Positions 57,331 to 64,000 of a stretch of 64,000 nt of DNA are shown piece by piece. The position numbers and the translations under genes were made by a program. Below the pieces are notes generated by a model that saw only the letters and a program-made list of their open reading frames with translations, searched no databases and was not told the origin of the DNA. Positions within the stretch are counted from its first letter, which is position 1; each line of letters opens with the position of its first letter. Source of the stretch: a virus; IMG/VR virus record IMGVR_UViG_3300037264_001145, positions 1-64,000 of that record, one strand, 5' to 3'.

Positions 57331-60084
57331 ATGGCTGACACATATACTGAAATAACATCGTCTATACAAGAGACCTTTTTTGGCTTAACACTCCAGAGAT
57401 TAAATATAGACTTTGGTATTGGAGACAGTAACGGAAACGCATACACTTTTACTTTGGTAAGAGAAGATGGTCAAATATTTGCATTGAGAAATATTGACTT
57501 CACAAACGGAGTGGCTCCCTTATACCATTTTTTGTTCGGTAATATAGATATTATTGGAGCCTTGGTCTCGTGGGAAGAAAATATTATTGATATAAATGGT
57601 AATTCTATTTTTACGGTAAAATTAGCCCAATACAAAGAAATTTTTCTTGGTTCGTTTACAATAGTAGAAGATGATGAAATAGAAGCTCCTGTACTTTTTG
57701 GTAATATTATTAAAATAAATACTATTCTTGTCACAGATTCAGAATTTGGTGGAGTTACCTACACCAATGATCCAGCACTCGACGAGGGTACAACGGAACT
57801 TGTGGGGGGTGATGGGGCGGGGGATGAACCTTTTAATCTTGGTGGTGGTGGTGGTGGTGGTAGTAGTTCTTGCGTAGCAGATAAATGTACAGAAGAAGAA
57901 ACTGGCACTAGCGACCAAGAAGTTGTTGGCCCAGACATTGCGCAAATCTTTAATTTATTTGCCGGTAGAATTTTTATGGTCGGCGAAAAACAAGTAATGT
58001 TTAATTTTCTTAATATACTTTCCTTTAATCTGTACAGGATTCCAGTGGATGGAGAGGAATTAACTTTGTTAAATGTTATTGATTCCTATGCCGAAGACCA
58101 GGATTTTACTTATCACTTAGGTTTCGAAGTAGTGAACAACGTTTATATTATTTCTTTTATCAAAAACAAAGGCATTAATGAATTAAGTCGTTCTTCTGTA
58201 AATTTTACCAATGTTTTAGACGCTCTTAGAAGTGCTCATGAAGGCGAGATTATGACTTTCAAAAAAGGTCATTCTATTACAGAAGGTTTTTCTCAACAAT
58301 ATGGAATCGAATCAATAGTTCTCGATTTCTTCATGCAAGATGTTGTTACTGTTGTTCGTGGTGGATTAATAACGGATTTTCTTAATTTTACCGAAGTCGA
58401 TATTATACCATTTTTTGGACTTTCCGAGGGTGGTGTTATTGTTGAACAACCAGACCAGGACACACTTGAGAGAATGGAGAGAATATTAAATGACGAAGAA
58501 GAAGCACCACCAGCAAATACTCGAATTAGCCAATTGATGTCTCGTTGGGGTAAAGAATTTTATGTAAATAGACGAAGATTGACACAACTTCTACCGTATA
58601 CAGAAGAACAATTAGCTGCTGTTGCCTTAGAAGAACAGGCTATGATTGATTTTATAGTTGCTATGTTAGCATATTTCAACGCCCTTCCGGTTAGACAAAT
58701 TGGGGATGCCGCAAGAGATGGTCGTGCGGAGCTCATAACTTTTATGGATGCATATATTATTGCAGTACCAGATGTTATCGACCAAGCTATTGAAGATATT
58801 AAAAATATTATGAATGTCGATAATTATAATAACACCCTTAGTCTTGCGGCTGAATTTAATGTTCAAATAAATAGTTATACTCCTGGGTATCCTTCTGTAG
58901 ATAGTATTTCTGCTGTTATAGGAACAAAATTAAGTTTAAATTCTACTGCGGATCTTCTTCAACAAAGAGAAGTAAGTGTATCTATACCAGACACAACAAG
59001 AGTATTATTTTCCTGTTTTCCGGTTGTTGATCATCCACTCATGGAAGATTCTATTGCTCAGGGCTTACTTAAAGATGGAGTTGGACGATGGCATTCTTAT
59101 GTTCAATTACCATCACTTAATAATAGTGATTCAACATCTAGTTATACGTGGCAATCCGCCAAGGCTATATTATCTGATGGAAACTATTTTACTAAAGTTG
59201 AACATTTCAAAAGTGGAGACATATACATTATTAGATTGGAGGATCAATTAGTACAAATACAAACAACTGCCGACGGCGAGACATCTCGTTTGACAGTACC
59301 AACAACCTTGTCGCAAACGTTTCTGTCTAGCGCAAGTCCCAATAAAAGATACGGTCCATTTATTTTTCTAGATGGTAAATTAATAGATGAACAAAGTAGT
59401 AAATATCAAAATGCATTAGACGATCCAAGATATAGAATTAAAAATATTAATAATAATAATTTGATTCCAGAAAATTTTAGTAATAAAGGAACTCTTTCTT
59501 ATACTGATACTTATGAAGCAATGGAAAATTTTGTTGTAAGAAATATAAGTGTTTTTGAATCTCACGTACAACTATTACAATCTTTTGGTTCGGTAGAAGT
59601 TGCTGGATTACCAGTATCATTAGCTTTTGATGGAACAATTTTTCGAGATGGTAGTTTTGTTGATAGAATTGCTATTAATTTTGATGTAGGTGGTATAAAA
59701 ACCGTTTATCAAGTAAAATCAAAAGACCCCAAAGGAAAATCAAAGAAAAGACCAGAGAAAAAAACAATAGATGTTCCTAAAACACCGTGCGAAGAACCAG
59801 AGCCAAGTAAAATGGGAAGAGGGGGTAAAGCTATAATTACAGGCAATGGTGGATCAGGTAGTTTTAATGTTGGTGGATATTTTTGTGAATTGGTTGGTGC
59901 TACTGATCTGGGTGTCAGAAGAAACTATGATGCAGAAAATACAGCAGAATGGAATATTGGCCAAGGACATCTTCCTATCGGAACTTTTGTTAGTCTTGAA
60001 GTCTATAGAGAAACCGAATGTGGTCCAGACTTAGCAAGATTTAGTTATCCACTAGAAGTATTTTCTCCTCCGGCGGAAGAATAA
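57331..60084 (+). CDS. Large tail tip / hub-like protein
   Basis: 917 aa in the tail module; poly-Gly linker. Confidence 0.5.
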   Translation: MADTYTEITSSIQETFFGLTLQRLNIDFGIGDSNGNAYTFTLVREDGQIFALRNIDFTNGVAPLYHFLFGNIDIIGALVSWEENIIDINGNSIFTVKLAQYKEIFLGSFTIVEDDEIEAPVLFGNIIKINTILVTDSEFGGVTYTNDPALDEGTTELVGGDGAGDEPFNLGGGGGGGSSSCVADKCTEEETGTSDQEVVGPDIAQIFNLFAGRIFMVGEKQVMFNFLNILSFNLYRIPVDGEELTLLNVIDSYAEDQDFTYHLGFEVVNNVYIISFIKNKGINELSRSSVNFTNVLDALRSAHEGEIMTFKKGHSITEGFSQQYGIESIVLDFFMQDVVTVVRGGLITDFLNFTEVDIIPFFGLSEGGVIVEQPDQDTLERMERILNDEEEAPPANTRISQLMSRWGKEFYVNRRRLTQLLPYTEEQLAAVALEEQAMIDFIVAMLAYFNALPVRQIGDAARDGRAELITFMDAYIIAVPDVIDQAIEDIKNIMNVDNYNNTLSLAAEFNVQINSYTPGYPSVDSISAVIGTKLSLNSTADLLQQREVSVSIPDTTRVLFSCFPVVDHPLMEDSIAQGLLKDGVGRWHSYVQLPSLNNSDSTSSYTWQSAKAILSDGNYFTKVEHFKSGDIYIIRLEDQLVQIQTTADGETSRLTVPTTLSQTFLSSASPNKRYGPFIFLDGKLIDEQSSKYQNALDDPRYRIKNINNNNLIPENFSNKGTLSYTDTYEAMENFVVRNISVFESHVQLLQSFGSVEVAGLPVSLAFDGTIFRDGSFVDRIAINFDVGGIKTVYQVKSKDPKGKSKKRPEKKTIDVPKTPCEEPEPSKMGRGGKAIITGNGGSGSFNVGGYFCELVGATDLGVRRNYDAENTAEWNIGQGHLPIGTFVSLEVYRETECGPDLARFSYPLEVFSPPAEE

Positions 60085-60087
60085 TTT

Positions 60088-61878
60088 ATGCCAAATTTTT
60101 CAGTAAGATTAATAGATGCACCATCCGTAGTAGCCATTATAAATGGATATACACCCTTTACTCCAGATGGAGGGATTTTTTGTGGTGGTTATCAAGGACC
60201 ATTATATCCAAATCCTACAACTCTAATTTCCCCTAAGACAAAATTCAATCCATATGATTACATGGGTGGTAATGGAAATATGCCAACTGTTACTTCTCGT
60301 TCACTTCCAAATACAGGAGATAGATATAGAGGTTTAGGAAAAGGTAATCCTGGAATTAGATATAAAAATCCTGGACACATACTGGGAGTTATAGACACTT
60401 ACTGTAGAATGTCTTATGGACTTGGATTTTATAAATTATTAAGGTTGGGACAAGCCAGTTATTCTTTTGCGCCACTCATTGATGTACAAATACCTTTTAA
60501 AGTATTAAATAATAATGGTTCACTTGATAATAAAACAATAGGGATGGCAGAATTATATCCATATTTTTCACCGTCTCCAAATTCTTGGTTATTCGCTTAT
60601 GTGCCTAACATATTTTATAATACAAAAACGACATTTAATCCAAGAACTTTTGAGCCTTTTGTTTTTGATGGAAGCGGTCCAGAAACAGGTGGGAGTTCAA
60701 TTAGTTTTGAAGCCTTGTTTGGTGGTGTTTATATAAGATCGTATTTTGATACAATACCATATTTTAGAGCACTCTTTGAAGAAATGGCTACTTTAATAGC
60801 TGGAATATATAATTTTAACACTTTTGAAGAAGGACTTGTGGATGACGAGACTGGTCCGTGGGCCTTAGAAGGAACTCTTGTTGCAGACTTACCGTGTCCA
60901 GCAAAACCTATAGAAGGTTCTCCTTGGCACGAAAGTAGTATTAATCCAACTTTAGGTACTCTCAATGCTCATCCAGAAGGAACAGACTACGGAGAATGGG
61001 CTTATCCAATTTCTCCTTTTCATTACTATAATGCGTGTAAAACTTTGTCTGCTCCAGAAGCCCTACTATTATTAACAGGATCTCCAGACTATCACGAAAA
61101 CCGTCCTGGTACACCGTCAGCAAATTACGAATACAGATCTTTAACAGAACTTAATGCTGTAGTAAATTTATTACCAATACAAACAAATAGTTTTCTTTAT
61201 AGTTTTGGTGCTAAATGGGATTCAGTGCCCCCCTCTTTATTACCATTCGCAGAATCAACCCCCATTACCGCCGCAACACAAGTTGTTTATTCTATTTGCG
61301 ATATTTGTTTTACCACTTTTGTGCCAGGTAGCATAACTATATCTGTTAATGCAGAAATAGAAAATTACGTAAGACGGTGGTTTATGGCCGCAAGCTTGGG
61401 GGGTGGTCAAGAAACTTTCTTTGCAAATTCCGAAAGACGATTTATTTTCAGTACTTCTGTAACCAATAATTTCGGATGGGACAGAGATTGGTTTGGTGTT
61501 CAGGGCGAAAGCGTGAATACTGTTTGGGCTGCGGAAGGAGTTTTTACCGCTGGAGAAAGATTGGGAGAACAAGAAGATATTCAAACGACCACAACTTTCA
61601 AGGATTTGTCAAAGTTTGAATCAGTAGCAAATTTAACAATCCCAGAAGGAGGAGGGTCTCGTACAGTAAGAGCAAGACTTATATTACAATCAAAAACTAT
61701 GGGTGGGTGGAAGCCAACCGAAGACGTTTATTTATTATTTGGTCCATTTGACCACGAAACTTTAAAAATGTTTATTACAATTGATATTGGTCATTTCGGT
61801 ACTATGACCCATAATGTTCATATTCCATTGCGTCTAGACCGATATTATGATGTAGAAGGTTTGCCTCCAACGGAGTAA
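60088..61878 (+). CDS. Hypothetical tail-associated protein
   Basis: 596 aa, Pro/Gly/aromatic-rich. Confidence 0.5.
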   Translation: MPNFSVRLIDAPSVVAIINGYTPFTPDGGIFCGGYQGPLYPNPTTLISPKTKFNPYDYMGGNGNMPTVTSRSLPNTGDRYRGLGKGNPGIRYKNPGHILGVIDTYCRMSYGLGFYKLLRLGQASYSFAPLIDVQIPFKVLNNNGSLDNKTIGMAELYPYFSPSPNSWLFAYVPNIFYNTKTTFNPRTFEPFVFDGSGPETGGSSISFEALFGGVYIRSYFDTIPYFRALFEEMATLIAGIYNFNTFEEGLVDDETGPWALEGTLVADLPCPAKPIEGSPWHESSINPTLGTLNAHPEGTDYGEWAYPISPFHYYNACKTLSAPEALLLLTGSPDYHENRPGTPSANYEYRSLTELNAVVNLLPIQTNSFLYSFGAKWDSVPPSLLPFAESTPITAATQVVYSICDICFTTFVPGSITISVNAEIENYVRRWFMAASLGGGQETFFANSERRFIFSTSVTNNFGWDRDWFGVQGESVNTVWAAEGVFTAGERLGEQEDIQTTTTFKDLSKFESVANLTIPEGGGSRTVRARLILQSKTMGGWKPTEDVYLLFGPFDHETLKMFITIDIGHFGTMTHNVHIPLRLDRYYDVEGLPPTE

Positions 61879-61908
61879 AAATGTGTATAAATTAAACGGG
61901 AGATTTGT

Positions 61909-62535
61909 ATGAGCGTATCAATTTATGTAGGAGAAGACCAATTACTTCCAAGCACTTCCGGCCTTGGTTTTTATGGGAACGATGGCTTTGGCGAATCAAT
62001 ACTCATAGGAGAGTATAATGGAAGAATGTTTGTTACAAACGCCTCCGGAACAGAAGAGGGCTTTGAATGTAACAACAATAAATATTTGAACACATCTGGC
62101 GTTATTTATGGACAGACCGGAAACGGTATTCAATTAATTAGTTTGCCAAACAGTTTAGCTACTATCAATGTCAGATTTGAATATGTGACAGAGGTTAAAA
62201 CTCTTGCTGGTAGATTTTATATATTCGATGGAACGCTGGACGTAGACGATATACCGATGACAGGCAATCCTCCAAGCGGATTAACCTGTTATACCGCCGA
62301 GACAAGACATCAAACCGAAACCCAAATTCCTGACGGGATAGGAGATACCGATTGGCTTGACACACAAGGGAGTACTTATCTAGAGGTAATTAGTTCCCCA
62401 GGAACAAGCGGATTAAGGCCGAATGGTTCCAATACCTTAGATACGAGACATGATTGGTATATAGCTATGACCGCTACTCCATTTCAGTTTGGGAATAAGC
62501 AATTTGCTATGTATTTTGAGACTGAATTTTTATAA
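61909..62535 (+). CDS. Virion structural protein (paralog of 63517)
   Basis: SGLGFYG..FG.S...G.Y....F.T...G......NNKY. Confidence 0.6.
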   Translation: MSVSIYVGEDQLLPSTSGLGFYGNDGFGESILIGEYNGRMFVTNASGTEEGFECNNNKYLNTSGVIYGQTGNGIQLISLPNSLATINVRFEYVTEVKTLAGRFYIFDGTLDVDDIPMTGNPPSGLTCYTAETRHQTETQIPDGIGDTDWLDTQGSTYLEVISSPGTSGLRPNGSNTLDTRHDWYIAMTATPFQFGNKQFAMYFETEFL

Positions 62536-63382
62536 GATCTAAAATAGATTGTGTAAGTTTAGCTTCATTAAATACCTGTTTTTGAACAACTCGTATTTTA
62601 ATTTTTCCGCATATACTTATGTTTTTATCTTTATAATTCAATAATATTGTCCGTTTCTTCTTCTTCGATAATAGATTATTTTTTTGTTCATCTGTTAATT
62701 TTATGTCACCAACTATTCTTCTTAGAGACGTTATAGGGATATCTAGCTCCATGGATATGTCTCTTAACGAACGCCCCAACGCCCTTTGTTGTCTAGCTAA
62801 AAATTCTTTTGTTGGACCTATTGTAAGATTTATACTATCCGATAATTTTAATATTCTTTGATATTTGTTTGTTTTTTTATTTTTTTTAATAATTTTTTGT
62901 TCTTTTAATACTTGTTTTTTAATATGTTTAATGGTGCATTTATGTATGTTAAATTTATTTACAATTTCATTAAAACCAAGATTGTTTAAAATCATTTCTT
63001 TTATTTTAATTATTTTATTATTGTCGATACTACTAATTTCTTTATCAATCATTGATTTTCTGTGTAATGCCCTATCTTCTCCATTTTCTTTTGGAGTTCC
63101 CCATTTTATGTTTTCTATATTATTGTTTAATTTATTTCCATCAAGATGTCTACATTGAAAACTCTGTGGTCTATTTCCAGAAAAAGTTTCTAAAATAAGT
63201 ACATGTATTTTTTCTATTTTCCCTTTCAAACAAATAGCCATATATCCATTAGACATAATAAATGGTTTTACAAATTCCTTTTTATCTATATTAAATATTC
63301 TTCCATCTCTATAAGCTAATAAGTTATTATACCTTGGTACTATTTTGGTTTTTACTTCCATTTTTCTTTTTTCCTGACACAC
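62507..63382 (-). CDS. HNH homing endonuclease with HTH
   Basis: IHVLILETFSG...CRHLDGNKLNNNIENIKWGT; own GTGTATAA motif at 63391-63404 (minus strand). Confidence 0.85.
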   Translation of the reverse strand: MCQEKRKMEVKTKIVPRYNNLLAYRDGRIFNIDKKEFVKPFIMSNGYMAICLKGKIEKIHVLILETFSGNRPQSFQCRHLDGNKLNNNIENIKWGTPKENGEDRALHRKSMIDKEISSIDNNKIIKIKEMILNNLGFNEIVNKFNIHKCTIKHIKKQVLKEQKIIKKNKKTNKYQRILKLSDSINLTIGPTKEFLARQQRALGRSLRDISMELDIPITSLRRIVGDIKLTDEQKNNLLSKKKKRTILLNYKDKNISICGKIKIRVVQKQVFNEAKLTQSILDLIKIQSQNT

Positions 63383-63516
63383 TTTCTACTTATATTATAC
63401 ACTATCACTACCAATTATTGTTTGTTTTTCTTAAATTTTTAAAAAGACGTGTTAAATAATGTGTATTTATATATGTGGTGAAATACAATCAAATTATTTT
63501 TGAAAGGGTGATATAA

Positions 63517-64000
63517 ATGGCTGCTGCGATAACTTTTTTTGGTGGTGTAGGCGCTGGCGAAACCGGCTTGGGAGCTTCTGGTGTAGGATTCTACGGCGCT
63601 ACCTTTGGTAGCTCTGTTCAAGTAGCATCTTATCAGGACACGACTTTCATTACTGATACTTTAGGGACAACCAATGGTGGACAAATTGATAATAACAAGT
63701 ATCTTGGTACTTCAAGTGGTGTTAAGGTTAATGCGTTTGACAATGAGATTCTTGCTAATGTTCCTACTATCTCTGGAACATTGAATGTGAGATTTACATT
63801 TGATACCCCAGTAATGACACAAAACGGCGAGTTCAGAATTTTTGACAGAGCGGACATAACCTTACCAGCCACAGGCGTCACCTGTTGGGTAGCTATGATC
63901 GGTAACGGCGGTTCTGGTGTCAACCAGACCACTGGGGAGGCTCAGGCGGGCCATAACGGATGGGCAGCACTGTCTGGAGCATCGCCAAAATGGGTGCTGT
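63517..64000 (+). CDS. Virion structural protein, truncated by the window end (paralog of 61909)
   Basis: MAAAITFFGG...SGVGFYGATFGSSVQVASYQDTTFITD...IDNNKY...LNVRFTFD; open to 64000; missing from the ORF track. Confidence 0.7.
   Translation, partial: MAAAITFFGGVGAGETGLGASGVGFYGATFGSSVQVASYQDTTFITDTLGTTNGGQIDNNKYLGTSSGVKVNAFDNEILANVPTISGTLNVRFTFDTPVMTQNGEFRIFDRADITLPATGVTCWVAMIGNGGSGVNQTTGEAQAGHNGWAALSGASPKWVL

Larger units (their letters stand above)
13579..63470 (+). promoter_or_regulatory. Recurrent putative late-promoter motif (T/G)GTGTATWA
   Basis: Intergenic copies at about 13579, 17761, 20232, 23307, 27376, 41987, 43105, 44764, 46379, 61881, 63459 (+) and 63391-63404 (-). Confidence 0.7.

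Noticed and set aside
57841-57861. (GGT)7 microsatellite
   Set aside because: It encodes an in-frame poly-Gly linker; trinucleotide slippage would not phase-vary the gene.
1-64000. Many short antisense or overlapping ORFs in the track (e.g. 6147, 14848, 21025, 33725, 50791, 56484)
   Set aside because: They are shadows of longer, motif-bearing genes on the other strand or frame.
1-64000. Genome-wide stop-codon reassignment
   Set aside because: Long genes are intact under the standard code, and TAA, TAG and TGA all end bona fide genes (e.g. MCP TAG, 831 TGA).
39541-64000. Contractile tail (sheath/baseplate wedge) genes
   Set aside because: No sheath-like or wedge-like protein recognised; such genes could lie outside the window.
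1-64000. tRNA or rRNA genes
   Set aside because: No cloverleaf or T-loop consensus recognised in the intergenic gaps by eye; tRNAscan-SE would confirm.

Overview
This window is a 64 kb slice of a large, AT-rich tailed dsDNA bacteriophage (Caudoviricetes), read in the standard bacterial code. It looks siphovirus-like because no tail sheath gene was recognised here. Layout: (1) 1-378, non-coding, with short direct and inverted repeats; (2) 379-8761 (+), small early/accessory genes including an SbcC/Rad50-like ATPase, a HAD phosphatase, a NUMOD4-HNH and a DUF4406-like protein; (3) 8758-13504 (-), an inverted block with a permuted NlpC/P60, a MazG-like protein, ClpP with a coupled RING-like Zn finger, an HNH and an atypical DNA methyltransferase; (4) 13596-23188, sigma-like factor, ERCC4 nuclease, terminase, portal, protease/scaffold, decoration protein and major capsid protein; (5) 23354-39538, an unusually large paralog-rich cluster of putative virion appendage genes (four beta-helix proteins, a recurring 14-aa DLFIxG repeat, a shared small anchor-like domain, a duplicated neck-like domain and a tandem triplet); (6) 39541-64000, neck, tail tube, an accessory insert with hpt and a candidate sRNA, chaperones, a 1655-aa tape measure and tail-tip genes. 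A GTGTATWA motif recurs upstream of late genes. The most novel signals are the modular DLFIxG-repeat fibre system, an in-frame TAA that splits a beta-helix head from its stalk, and the RING-like/ClpP pair. All family calls are by eye from motifs; no database searches were run.
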